Below are positions 1-12,067 of a DNA stretch of 64,000 nucleotides, in pieces (position 1 is the stretch's first letter; every line of letters starts with the position of its first letter). This stretch comes from Raja brachyura (Eukaryota). The notes under the pieces are model-generated. The model had not been told where the DNA came from. It saw only the letters and a program-made list of their open reading frames with translations, and searched no databases. The position numbers were made by a program, and so were the translations under genes. The stretch is from contig OY740789.1 of assembly GCA_963514005.1 (NCBI GenBank), positions 51,398,001 to 51,462,000 on the forward strand, in the 5' to 3' direction.

Positions 1-1114
1 CTCCTTCTACCTCATTTGACCATGTTGAAGACTGGCTTCGACCATGTACGTTTTACTGCTGTTTGCAGTAGCCCTTTTGCTTCAGCAGCCTTTTAATAAA
101 GGCAGAAGGGGAAGAGCAAGGGTGAATAGGAAGCACAAGAAGAGGTCTCAATGGGTGAATGGAGATGGACTGTCCCGGTACACCAGATGGCTGGAAGAGA
201 GTGGCGCTGGGCTTTGACAAAAGAGGAAGTTTAAGCACTCATGTGGGGCAGTGGATGGCAAGCATGCCATTCTTGTCCCTGTCCCTGTACTCCTCATTTT
301 CCTTTTCGTACAGGATGGTATTCTGCTGGAACCATTCCTCAAGGTCCCCCTCCCGCTGCCTGGTGAAGGGCATAACCTTCCTCCAGCCCTCTCTCGCCAC
401 CAATGGGGCATCAGCCTCTGATGCTGTGACAGACACAAGAGAAAGGGCTGCTTTGCTGCCTTCAAATGAGGCAGTGAAGGATGGGGTGGTGGTGGGGACA
501 TATACTACCACCCTGGTCTCCTCCTCCAGGGGCCGCTCATGCAGGGCTACCTCCTCCTGCACTATCACCTCCTATGGCATCACCTCCTGCCACTCCTCTT
601 GGGTGGGCAACACCTGCATGGCCGTTTTTTGTTAGGGTTGTGCCCTCACCCTGCGCTGCTGCTTTTTTGGTGCCATCTCTAAAACACGTCTCCTCTCCAA
701 AATACTCTCCAGCTGTGAATGAACATGCCTTGGAGGTGACATTCTGCTGTTTAAATAACCTTTTTTTTCTACTGACCTTTTTTTCACCCGGAGCTATTAC
801 CTCGACTGCCTCCAACAGCTACGACTACCTACGACCAGCATCACGACCTATTAAGACCTACCTATGACCTACCTACGACCTACCTATGAGTAAAATGTAT
901 CGATTTTTTCCATGCCGACCTTTTTTTTACTCATGGACATTTTTTATCAGGCTAGAATAAACGGCGCGACCTACTTGATGCCATGAGTATGCGGAGACCA
1001 CTCACGAGCATGAGGATGACCTCCTACGACCTCGTGGCGACCATGCTGCGAGCATGAGTCAAGGGAAAACTCGGCAGAGGTCGTAAATTAGGTCGTGAAA
1101 GTTGGACAGGGGCT
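1..1114 (-). mobile_element. PIF/Harbinger DNA transposon end with decayed MADF/Myb-like ORF
   Basis: Terminus AAGTTGGACAGGGGCT|TTA at ~1099-1117 resembles the AGGGCCTGTCCCACTT TIR of the MITEs at 3503 and 20280. Subterminal ACGACC repeats at 820-1095. MADF-like coding remnant inside. Confidence 0.7.
239..676 (-). pseudogene. Decayed Harbinger DNA-binding (MADF/Myb-SANT-like) protein
   Basis: Reads MAPKKQQRRVRAQP*...LEEWFQQNTILYEKENEEYRDRDK with two in-frame stops. The L..W...N..LY.K...EY.D.DK pattern resembles the N-terminal half of a MADF domain. Confidence 0.6.
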
Positions 1115-1880
1115 TTAGTTTTAGTCACCATGATGAGAGGAGTGATGTTTTGCACAAAATAATTGCACAGATTCTCTAACCATGAAAGATCAGATATTCA
1201 GAAGAGAGAGACAGTCATTGACGCATGTTGAGGATTCGGGCAATATTTATAGACTGCTTAAGCTCTGCTTTTATGGCTTTTGTCATTTGGTTTCCTTGAT
1301 AGTGCTTCTAACTGCAGCTCCTACTTCAGCAGTTGTGTTAATAGGCTGCCATTACCAGCTCTAATAGATTTGATATCAGGCAAGCTCATAGTTCTGGGAA
1401 TGATGATTGCTGCAGGGCTGTGCACTGTGCTTGTTAGCAATGAGCCAAGTTCAGCACAGTAAAGCTAAAAGGTTTCTGTCATCTCTCAGATCAAAGAAAA
1501 TGTTGAACTCTCAACCATGGTTCCAAGAAACTGTCAACTGGCTTTCCCTCTGCCAGGCTGTTTCTCTCAACTTTTTTTTCTCCATCTGTAGACCCCGCTG
1601 CTATTTTTTGTGGTAATTGTTTCCTTAATTGTTTCCTGGGCTCTTTCTTTTCAGCAGCTTTCTCTAAGTCAGTCTCTCAAACTGACTCCTGTCATAAGAT
1701 GCAACATGGTTTTCAGCGAGGAAGTTTGACTGGCTGGGTTCTATATTTTTTCTTTACTTTTCAAATGCAACCTTGTCTCCCAATATTTTTCAAACCCCAA
1801 AAGCATCACAGTCATACAGCATTGAAACAGGCCGTTCAGCCCAACTTATCCATACAGACTGACATGTTCCATCCACACTA

Positions 1881-1989
1881 GCGGAGATGTTCTGCCAAAC
1901 GATCGCCGAGCCTGCGCTTGGCCTCGCCGATCTTTAGGAGTCCACACCTGGAACAACGGATACAGTAGATGACGTTGGAGGAGGTGCAA
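1881..1989 (-). mobile_element. Penelope-like element fragment (GIY-YIG endonuclease)
   Basis: Minus strand translates CTSSNVIYCIRCSRCGLLKIGEAKRRLGDRLAEHLR. Confidence 0.85.
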
Positions 1990-2011
1990 GGCTTAGGTTT
2001 GTGGATAAGGG

Positions 2012-2300
2012 TGTCGCAATGGTGCAGCGGTAGAGCTGCTGCCTTACAGCGCCAGAGACCCGGGTACGATCCGGACTACGGATGCTGTCCGTATGGAGTT
2101 TGTACGTTCTCCCTGTGACTGCGTGGGTTTTACATGGGTGCTTCGGTTTCCTCCCACAGTCCAAAGACATACAGGTTTGTAGTTTAATTGATTTCTGTAA
2201 ATTATCCCTAGTGTGTAGTATAGTGTATGGAGTGATCGCTGGTCGGCGTGAACTCAGTGGGCTGAAGGGCCTGTTTCCACACTGTATCTCTAAAGTCTCA
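2012..2300 (+). mobile_element. tRNA-derived V-SINE (HE1-like)
   Basis: tRNA-like head (GCAGCGGTAGAG...GGGTACGATCC), V-domain (GGTTTCCTCCCAC..TCCAAAGAC) and CR1-like tail GAAGGGCCTGTTTCC..TGTATCTCTAAA. Confidence 0.9.
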
Positions 2301-2346
2301 AGTAAAGTATAAATTTCAGAAGACATTATACAAGCAGCGAAACAGA

Positions 2347-2603
2347 TGTTGAAATGATAGCAGCAAAGCGCTTCAAAACAGAGTTTACAGAACAAATAAG
2401 ATGAGCCACCCGGTGGTTAGGCCACTTATTGGGCGAGCCCTCGGCCCTAGGACTGGCAGGGTCACGTGACTAAGGGTCACGTGGCTTAGGGGTGTGCCCT
2501 GCGATATACATAGAACTTTGGGAGAACCCTCCCCAGTCACGTATGAGCGGTTCTTTATTCAACAATAAAGATCACTTTGTTTAACAACACGTGTCTCGCT
2601 ACA
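2347..2603 (+). mobile_element. Possible solo LTR
   Basis: TG...ACA ends, repeated GTCACGTG boxes and AATAAA near the 3' end. No target-site duplication (TSD) found. Confidence 0.3.
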
Positions 2604-2815
2604 CTGTGATGATTTCCTTTCCCGTGTGCAACTGCCTGTGGAGTAGAGAATTATCCAAAACTCTTCCAATTTTTCAGAAAGTTGAGTTTGTTTGTTCATG
2701 TCAACAAATTCCAGCACCGACTACAAATGCTGAAACATTGTGATCCAAATACTGGCATTTGTATCTCTTACGGTTGCTTCATTGTATATTTTCTCCCAAA
2801 TTAGAATGTATCTCT

Positions 2816-3488
2816 TTTTTTTGTTTGTTTTGTTTATTTTTGTTAGAAGTAAGTACAATAGTGTGGTACTTGAGTACCTAATACATACATACATATTTCC
2901 ATTCTTGTACAACTTCATACTTTTGATTTAATAATAAAAGAACAGTGGAAGAAAAAGGAAATAAAGAGTGTCGGAATAGATAGACAAGTGAGTAGAAACA
3001 GATAGCAAAAGAAATAAAGGGCATAGAAGAGAAGCTGAAAAGATTGAAATAGAAGGAGAAAGTAAAGAAAAGAGAGATTAGGAGAGATCTACCTATTTCG
3101 TATTTTTGCCCATCCGTCACCCGGTTCTAAACCATTTAATTTCTGAGGTTATGTTATGTTGCACCATATGCTTGCAAAAAGTTGATAAAAGGAGACCAAG
3201 TCTTTGAGAATTGGTCTACTTTGCTTATTAGGAGAAATCTCATTTTTTCAAGATGAAGCATTTCAGACATATTTGAAATCCACATTTTGAATGTTGGCGT
3301 GATTGCGATTTTCCAAAATTTGAGTATAAGTTTTTTTGCTGTTATTAGACCATAATTAAGAAAAGCTTCTTGGAATATAGTTAGTTTACTTCCCTCTTCC
3401 ATTGATCCAAAGATAATCAGTTCTGTATTGGGGTTCAATTTTGTGTTAAATAGTTTTGTAAAAATTCCAAAAATTTCATTCCAAAATT
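2816..3488 (-). mobile_element. 5'-truncated L1-clade LINE (ORF2 C-terminus, 3' UTR, A-rich tail)
   Basis: ORF 3154-3438 (AKKLILKFWK...PTFKMW...LEKMR...WSPF) is typical of fish L1 ORF2 ends. 12-bp TSD GAATGTATCTCT at 2804-2815 and 3489-3500. Confidence 0.85.
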
Positions 3489-3502
3489 GAATGTATCTCT
3501 AA

Positions 3503-3877
3503 AGGGCCTGTCCCACTTACGCGACGTTTACGGCGACTGCCAGCACCCGTCATGGGTCACCGAAAATTTTCAATGTTGGAAATTCAACGGCAACAAGAAA
3601 GATGCTATGATTCCTTGGGTTACTAGGAGACCTCTCACGACCATACAGACAACCCCTGGCGACCTCTCACGACCATACAGGCGACCCCCTGGCGACATGC
3701 CCCCTGGTGATACCCGCGCCAGGGGTCGCCTGTATGATCGTGAGAGGTCTCCTAGTCACCCAAAGAGTCGTAACGTCTTTCTGGTTGCCACTGAATTTTC
3801 ACCATGTTGAAATTTTTCGGCGACCTATGACGGGTGCCTGCAGTCGCCGAAAAGGTCGCGTAAGTGAGACAGACCCT
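3503..3877. mobile_element. Palindromic Harbinger-type MITE
   Basis: TIRs AGGGCCTGTCCCACTTACGCGAC / GTCGCGTAAGTGAGACAGACCCT with TAA/TTA flanks. The arms are inverted over almost the whole element. Confidence 0.9.
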
Positions 3878-4289
3878 TTAAATAAACTAAACTTAAAGAG
3901 AAGCTTTGAATAAGGCAGCATCTTACTGTAATACAGTACTTGTCTCTCACTCCCAGAATACTGCTTCTGTCCTTGTGGCAGAACAACATGCACACAGCAA
4001 ATACACATTTTTTGTAACTTATTTAAAAAAATAAAACTTTAGTATTTGGAAGCACTGGGTTTCAATTGAACTGAGTTTCAAAAAAAAGCACAAGCTATGC
4101 TGTAACTGCACATTCCATTTTGTGCTATTAATCTTGGAAACATTTCTTGCTAAATCCCATTCTTTACAGATCTTGACACAATCTGTGTTCCACACCGTCA
4201 ATTCAATCCTGCTCCTTAGCAACTGCCTGACTTCAACTACACTTTCCTCAACCTTAAATCTCCTGAAAACCGAAGTCCTTTATCCTCTA

Positions 4290-4735
4290 AAAATAGACAC
4301 AAAATGCTAGAATAACTCAGTGGGACAGGCAGCACCTCTGGAGAAAAAGGATGGGTGACGTTTTGGGTCGGGATCCTCCTTCCGACTGAAAGTACGGTTT
4401 GGGAGGGAGGTGAAGAGCCGGAGGTGAGAAAAGACCAGGACCAATCAGGGCCAGCCATACATGACCTCTGGCCTGGTAGGTCCATTGTTGGCGAGGGAAT
4501 GTGTGATTTCAAGATAAATAATGTGGAGAACTGTGGAACTGAGGAGGAAGGGGGCCAAGGTATGAGATAGTCACTTAAAATGAGCGAATTTAATGGTCAT
4601 ACCATTGGGTTGTGAGCTACCCTAGCAAAATATGAGGTGCCATTCCTCCAATTTGCTTGTGGCCTCTCTCTGGCAATGGAGAAAGCCCAGGACAGAAAGA
4701 TCAGTATGGCAATGGGAGGTGAAATAGTTGGCATT
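4290..4735 (-). mobile_element. Penelope-like element 3' fragment
   Basis: Terminal motif shared with other copies (reverse of CTGAGTTACTCCAGCATTTTGTGTCTA) plus GIY-YIG C-terminal remnant. Confidence 0.8.
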
Positions 4736-4797
4736 TCAAACTCTACATTGTTGCACTAAAATGTTTATATCCTAAATCTGCGTGAGAATCATGTTAC

Positions 4798-5189
4798 CTT
4801 CAATTTATATATTCAACTTTCAACAACAATTCGCAAACTGAAACTATTCCATTTTTGTTTGCCTCCTGGTTTGCAAGCAAATATTTGAGATTTTTTGACA
4901 TTTGATATCATTCTGTTCAATTCTTGGTGGAATTCGGCTGTTGATTCGGTTATAAACTTGGCACATCTTCCCTGGTGAAATGAATAGCTGAAATGAATTT
5001 TCATCATCTGTACTTGTCGGAAAACGTTTCAGGCTAGATAGAAATCCAGATCATCAAGATCTCCAGCTAAAGCATACAGTAATTAATTTTCAGGGTTGAC
5101 TCTGAAGGTTTTTGTTTATCAGCTGCCCTGGATGTTTAAGCCCCAGGCCCATTCAAGCCACCAAGGCAAAATCAGCATTTGAAGACAAT
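4798..5189 (-). other. Candidate spliced exon (non-coding or UTR) containing a 64-codon ORF
   Basis: Non-repeat sequence between acceptor CTTTTTGTTTACTGCAG| and donor GAAG|GTAAC on the minus strand. No reading frame is open across it. Confidence 0.3.
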
Positions 5190-5271
5190 CTGCAGTAAAC
5201 AAAAAGCTTCAAGCGAATTACTAATGCATTGTTAACTGAGATGAATACCCTCATCACTTTCGCATAAATCC

Positions 5272-5625
5272 ATGTTATAGGAGCAAAATTAGGCCATTCG
5301 GCTCATCAAGTCTACTCCACAATTAATTCATGGCTGATAATATCTTCCTTTCAATCCCATTCTCTTACCTTCTCCCCATAATTCCTGACACCCGTACTAA
5401 TCAAGAATCTGTCAATCTCCACCTTAAAAAGATCCTTTGACTTGGCCTCCACAGTCATCTGTGGCAATTAATTCCATAGATTCACCGCCCTCTGAGTAAA
5501 TAAATTCCTCCCCATTTCCTTTCTAATGGAACATCCTTTTTATTCTGAGTCTGCACCCTCCAGTCTTAGACTCTCCCACCAGTGAAAACATCCTGTCCAC
5601 ATCAACTCTGTCCACTCTATCTCAT
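5272..5625 (-). mobile_element. CR1 LINE 3' end fragment
   Basis: Matches the reverse complement of the CR1 3' region at 31000-31260. Confidence 0.8.
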
Positions 5626-5962
5626 TAGAAACCAGTACAAGATACCATACAAGTATCCAGCATAAGTTAAGTTTAGGCTGTGATACATAGACCCTTGCAT
5701 CTCCTGTGTCCTTCATGAATTGTAACGAATTTCATGTCATGGATTTCCAGTTGATTAATGACCCGCAACACACATTATTTAACACAATGCCTAATTTCCA
5801 CCAAGCAGACGTGCATCCTTTGGCCACCTGGCTTGTATTCGTTCCACTTCAAGGAAGCCCCTTTTCTTACCTCCAGTTCCCTCCTCTCTACTTTCAATCT
5901 GAAGAAGGGTCCCGACTAAAAATATCGGGACCCATCCTTTTTCTCCAGAGATGCTGCCTGAC

Positions 5963-6708
5963 CTGCGTCATCGGATGATGCCGCGTGCAGCAGCCTCGCC
6001 AGTAGTTCTGTCCGTCCTTTCACCCTTTTTGTTATTTTTGGTCTGTCTAAAAGTATGTATTTGGAGGTCTTTTTTATGTGGGGGGTGGGTGGGGGAAGAG
6101 GGGGAACTGTTTCCCAGTCACTTCCTGTTCGAGGATGCATCTTTTCTCCGAGTTGCACCTTCGCCCAACCCCCCCCTTGCGGCCTACCATCTGGATTGGT
6201 GCGGCCTTTCCTGCCGGCCAGACTAATACCGTGGAGCTGTGGTTTGTGGAGCTTCCAGCCATGGGCTGCGCTGACTTTAACATCACGGAGTCCTGGGATC
6301 TTTTGCCGAGGGTTGCCAGTGTTGAATCTCCGCTCCCAGATCGGCCTGTGGACTTCGGGAACCGCGGTCTCTGGTTAGAAGCTGCCGATTCGGAAACTCC
6401 AAGCCGCTGAGTGTGTTCTTCCATTCCGACGTTGGAGTTCCAATCATCCCGGCGAGAGGGCCTGAACATCGTAGCAGCAACTGCGGAGGGCTCAAAGGTC
6501 CCGACCACGGGTGAACAATGAGGAAGATGACTGAACTTTATTGCCTTCCCTCACAGTGGGAAACGTTGATATTTATGGGATACCGGGGATATTTATGTTA
6601 AACTCTATCGTGTATTGTGTTCTTTTTATTCGTATGGCTATATGGTAACTCAAATCTCACTGTACCAATTGGTGCATGTGACAATAAATGTCTTGAACTT
6701 GAACTTGA
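5963..6708 (+). mobile_element. Non-coding GC-rich retroposon with Rex1/Babar-like (TTGAAC)n tail, inserted in a Penelope terminus
   Basis: Ends GACAATAAATGTCTTGAACTTGAACTTGA and interrupts the Penelope motif GCCTGACC|...|TGAGTTACTCC. Related to 12255-12520, 38353-41590 and 61362-61570. Confidence 0.6.
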
Positions 6709-7069
6709 GTTACTCCTGCACTCTGTGTCTATCACAGATTGGAAGTATGGCTTATCCCCTGCAACCATGGCTCATGACAATCTTGTGCCTCTGGGCTAAC
6801 TTCAGGACAAAGATGGTTGCAACCACCAGAGCGCATGAAGGCATCTTGAAGTGTCCTTACAATCCCAGTCCAGACCCAAAACAGAAAATGTCTATTTCCC
6901 TCCCGAGATACTGCCTGAGCTATTGAGTTTATCCAGCAACTTGCTTGCTTTTGTCTTACAAGGAATTATATTCATAGATGCTCCTCTGCACAAACATCCA
7001 AACATGTCTAATCATAAAGCACGTTGGAGGGAAACGGCAGACTAACATTCCGTTTTCCTCATGAGGCAA

Positions 7070-7530
7070 AGAGTCATAGTCATACAGTGTGGAAACACGC
7101 ACTTCAGCCCAACTTGCCCGCACCAACCAACATGCCCCATCTACACTAGTCCCAACTGCCTGCATTTGGCCATTATCCCCCTAAACCTCTTATCCACAAA
7201 CCGGAATAAATGCTTCTTAAACATTGCGATAGTACCTGCGCTACCTCTTCTGTCTGATCATTCCTTGCACCCACCACCCTTTCTGTAAAAAAATGTTACA
7301 CGTCATGTTCTTATTAAATCTTCCCCCCCCCCCTCACTTTAAATCTATGTCATCTGGCACTCAACTCCCCCATTCTAGGCATAAGACTGTGCGTTACCCG
7401 ATCTATTCCTCTCATTATTCTGTACACCTCTGTACTCCAATGAATAGAGTCCTAGCCCACGCAACCTCTCCCTATGGCTCAGCCCCTCAATTCCTGGCAA
7501 CATCCTTGTAAATTTTCTCTACACCCTTTC
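7070..7530 (-). mobile_element. CR1 LINE 3' end fragment
   Basis: GAGTCATAGTCATA tail and decayed CR1 3' UTR/ORF2 end on the reverse strand. Confidence 0.7.
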
Positions 7531-7849
7531 AACATCCTGGGTTGATTTTAAACACTTCTGCCCCAAATATTATTGAGTTTCAATTCCATGTCAATTTTAT
7601 TATATGTAGCCTTTTGGAGTTTTTCCAAGGAAACAGTTAAATGGGATCTCTTTATAATCTTCGTAATCCCAGCATGTGTTTCACTACTAAGCTGTGGAAG
7701 TATATTCAGACAAATCTCTCAAAATTGGCAAAACAATACAAATGGTAGAGATTTTAAGTTGACCTTACATTTGCCACATATCAGTATAGCGAATCTCTGT
7801 GCTATCTAGGAAGCTATAGAATCAGATGCAATTATGGCTTTAAAAGATA

Positions 7850-8800
7850 CTAGACTAAGTGGGACCCGTTGGGTCCTAGCTTCAAACGGGGGGGGGGGGG
7901 GGGGCTGGTCCCCCAATGCAGTGTTCCACCTCTCCACCAATTCCAACATTTCTGGCCAGTGGGGGTGGGGGGGGGGGGTACTTTCTGGAGCACTAGCATG
8001 GTGTTGTGAGTGGAAGGGACTGGTTTTCAGAGGGCTAGTATAGACATTGTGGGCCAAATGGATTCTTGGGCTGGCAGCTCAGCCACTGANNNNNNNNNNN
8101 NNNNNNNNNNNNNNNNNNNNNNNNNNNNNNNNNNNNNNNNNNNNNNNNNNNNNNNNNNNNNNNNNNNNNNNNNNNNNNNNNNNNNNNNNNNNNNNNNNNN
8201 NNNNNNNNNNNNNNNNNNNNNNNNNNNNNNNNNNNNNNNNNNNNNNNNNNNNNNNNNNNNNNNNNNNNNNNNNNNNNNNNNNNNNNNNNNNNNNNNNNNN
8301 NNNNNNNNNNNNNNNNNNNNNNNNNNNNNNNNNNNNNNNNNNNNNNNNNNNNNNNNNNNNNNNNNNNNNNNNNNNNNNNNNNNNNNNNNNNNNNATGACA
8401 GTAAACTTTCTTGAATACTCACACAGCTGAGCACGGCCTCTCCACTTTGGGGCTTCCGCATTCAGCGGCTCTTCCGCAATCAGCATGGCCCCTGCACTTA
8501 CCGGAAATTACGCAATCAGCGCGACCTGTCCACTAAGCGGAAGTCATGAAATGAGCAGGATTTTTGAACCAAACACAGTCGGAGCTAATAAAGCATTTAT
8601 TCCTTCCAAACACAGTCGGACCTAATAAAGCAGGCCAAACAACTCATGGCATTGTCATTAAGGGCTAACAAATCATTTATTGCAAGTACATTGCAGACTC
8701 ACAGATCAGTTGATTCACAGCTTAGAATGAGAGTCGTGGCCTCTCCCTCACGCTCTTGCAGAGAGACTGAATCACATCCAGGCATCCGGGGTTTTATAGA
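7850..8800 (-). mobile_element. Non-autonomous Helitron-like element (spans an assembly gap)
   Basis: 3' terminus A|CTAG at 7850 with hairpin GGACCCGTTGGGTCC at 7862-7876, the same as at 37472-37499 and 58921. The 5' end is uncertain. Confidence 0.6.
8090..8394. other. Assembly gap
   Basis: Run of N. Confidence 1.
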
Positions 8801-9249
8801 AAGGCCTGTTCTACACTGTATAGCTATGAGCCTATGGCTTAAGTTGCCTTTTTCTTCTACAAATGCAAATTCAAGGGTATGTTTTGGAAATATTACTGAG
8901 TAAACACTCCCCACTTTTTATTAGAAGTCAATGGAAATGTTTGGTGCTGATGGAACAATACATGTCTGTGGGGTTATTGCAGGGAGAATAAACAAGCCAG
9001 AATTATAGCCAGATATTATACCTTTGCTTATTCCACTAAAAACAAGTGCTAATAACTAATTAGAGACCCAAACAAAAAGGAAAACACAATACTGGAAAAT
9101 ATATTAAAATGTTAGGTTGGTTATCACCCTGCTTGCTGTGTTATAACATGGCCTGCTCAATTTCTTACTATAACTAGTTTCAGAGATTGTAGTTGCTTTG
9201 TCTTTGCTGTGAGGATTGTAGGAAGCAGGTCACAGCCTTGAAGAGCTTA

Positions 9250-9535
9250 AAGGGTGCAGTGGTAGAGTTGCTGCTTTACGGCACCAGACACCCGGGTTCA
9301 ATCTTGACTATGGGTGCTGTCTGTATGAAGCTTGCATGTTCTTGGCCACGTGGGTTTTCTCCGGGCGCTCCTGTTTCCTCCCGCACTGCAAAGACGTGCA
9401 GGTTTGTTTGCTAATTGGCTTCAGTAAAATTGGAAATTGTCTCTAGTGTGTAGAGTAGTGCAAATATACGGAGAAAGCTGGTCAGTGCGGACTCGGTGTG
9501 CTGAAAGGCCTGCTTCCATGCTGTATCTATAAAGT
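9250..9535 (+). mobile_element. V-SINE (HE1-like)
   Basis: Same head, V-domain and tail as 2012-2300. Confidence 0.9.
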
Positions 9536-9744
9536 GTACAGCTCTCTCCAGATGAGTCACAAATCAGCAGCATTTGAGGTTTCCCAAAAAATGAGGTAGA
9601 ATACCAGTGGATATATATGACTTCAGTGTGTGTGGCCCGCTCATCAACAGACCCTTGCATAATAAAAGGCACATGGTGCTGAGTAGCTCAACGGTAGCAG
9701 GAAAGCAAAGGTAGTAGGTTACATGTTAAAGACATCAGTAGATA

Positions 9745-10357
9745 CAGGTCCACCACCGATTTTCTGGCACCCTTGGTTCTACTATATCTGATATGAGGAA
9801 ACTGTGAAGATGTTGGTAGCAGATTATATAATATTGTAGTAATGGGGCAGAAGAAACTATCGATCTTTCTTGGTGGAAGTAGTTGAAGACCACAATTGAG
9901 AAATATCCAACTTGTTTCTGAGAACAGTAATTAAATAACTTCTAATTTGTAAGTCTAGTCTAATTAAAAAATATATAAGGCTTTTAATTAGCCTTAATTG
10001 AAGGCTAATTCAATTGTGTGTTTCTGGATTATCTATTTTGCTGGACCAACAGAGGGCAGGGCATCTGAGAACAGTGTTATGGTCCACCTGGGTAGCCAAG
10101 GACCCAAGACAGTGGCTGCAAAGACAGTCTCGAAAGTCAGCTGTGGGAATGGATTTGCCCTGTCAAAGTTCCAGAACCCTGGCCACAGGGGGTAAATTCA
10201 ACTCGCCGATCGGCCGTGGACATCCCAATGAGATGGACTGCCTCACCCGAACCAGGCGCCATATTTTCGGGGAGGATTCAAAGTGCACTCTCGTAATTTT
10301 GTCTGGATGAAAGGAGGTGCCAGACCACCAGTATCCAGAAAATCAGCAGTTGACCTG
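9745..10357. mobile_element. Tc1/mariner (Tigger/pogo-type) non-autonomous element
   Basis: TA|CAGGTCCACCACCGATTTTCTGG ... CCAGAAAATCAGCAGTTGACCTG|TA: imperfect TIRs with TA TSD. Confidence 0.65.
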
Positions 10358-11472
10358 TACACGGAAAAAATGGTCATCAGGCAAAGGTGAAGCCCACCTG
10401 AAGTGCTCGAGGGCAGGATTTTAATGGGAAATTGCTACTGTCACATTGATTTGTGTTATAAACAGTTGTGCATGAAATACAGGGGCAAATGAGTCTGATT
10501 TCAAGGTTTTAATACTTTAACAAGACTGAATGTAATTTGAAATTCATTCTTCATATGAAAATGGTTGTCTTGCGAAAGATCAATTAAGATAGCTGCTGCT
10601 CTAAATAATTCTGTTTTGAGATAACAATCCCCAATTATTTTGCGTAATTATAAATCTCCATACTTTTTTCCCTGTTGTAGAGATTCCTGCTTCTTTCTCA
10701 TACACCAATGCTGGTTATCTTATCTGCATATTCAATAGTTTTATGATGCACTTTCTTATACTTTGCAAATTAAAAAAATATTCCCTGTGGCGGTTTTATT
10801 CTATTTTGTGCATTGTTTTCACTTTCATTATTAATCATGCAGCTGTCCTTTATTCCAGGAACAACTGCTGCATTTTGTATTGTTTTATTTTCTTTATTTT
10901 TCTTTGTTACTTATTACTGTATATTTTATTCCTTCACTTAAATTCTAATGCGTTTTCTAGTCTGACGATAAATGGTAGGTGACCTAGTCACTGGTTATTC
11001 TGACTTTGCTGTTACAGCTGAATGAAATTGGACAAGTTCCTTCTTGCTGCATCAGACTATTGGAACCACCCACCTAATGACATTGGGAACAACTTCACCA
11101 CAGGAACCACAGTAATTAACACAGATTCAATCTATCTCCACTTTCCATGGAACTATAAATGTTGTCATTGCCAGCAATAATCCACAATGTACTTGAATAA
11201 CTTGCCCTTGCGTTCCCCATTCTGCTCGGATTAAATTGAGTCAGTAATGATAGTATTTTATTGTAGCATGGCCACCTTGTGATTCAAATGACAATTGAGA
11301 ATTATGAAAGGAAGGGTGCTGCATTCAACTTGGTATTGACGTTCCACACAGTTCCCACACAGTTAGCAGCAGAGGTCAGAGCAGGCAACTAATTGTCCAA
11401 AACAGTGGGCTATATTATTTTGTGTCTTTACTGCAGTTTGAAGCCACAGGCTCCAGCAAACCTTGCCCAACT

Positions 11473-11770
11473 GCGGCACAGTGGCGCGGCAGTAGAGTTC
11501 TGTCTTACTGTGCCAGAGACCCGGGTTCGATCCTGACTACAGGAGCTGTCTGTACAGAGTTTGTACGTTCTCCCCATGACTATGTGGGTTTCTCTGGGTG
11601 CTCCGGTTTCCTCCCACACTCCAAAGACGTGCACGTGGGTAGGTTAATTGTCTTCGGTAAAGTTGTAAATTGTCCACAGTGTGTAGGATAGTGCGAGTGT
11701 ACGGGGTGATTGCTGGTCGGCGCAGACTTGGTGGGCCTAAGGGCCTGTTTCTGCACTGTGTCTCTAAAGC
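11473..11770 (+). mobile_element. V-SINE (HE1-like)
   Basis: Full head (GGTTCGATCC B box), V-domain and tail. Confidence 0.9.
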
Positions 11771-12067
11771 CAAAGTCAAAATTAAACGCAGTGCTAAACA
11801 ATGTGAAGAATCATCCTTGCAGAGATATTAATCATCTCAAATCTACAAGGAAGGTATTGAATATTGTATTTAGATATTGCTGAATATTGCTTTTCATACT
11901 TGAATAGAGTGCTCAGCCGGGTTGACAGCCTTGCATTCATGGTTGGAACATCATGCTGATATGCTGAACATCATAAAGATATTGCTTCACACGTCGCCTA
12001 TGATGGCATCCTATCATGGCAAAAAAGATAGCTTCCTTCCCCTCTCCGCTAGAAACAGTCTGAAGAA

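Noticed and set aside
8010-8486. ORFs crossing N runs (also 36671-37480)
   Set aside because: Artefacts of assembly gaps.
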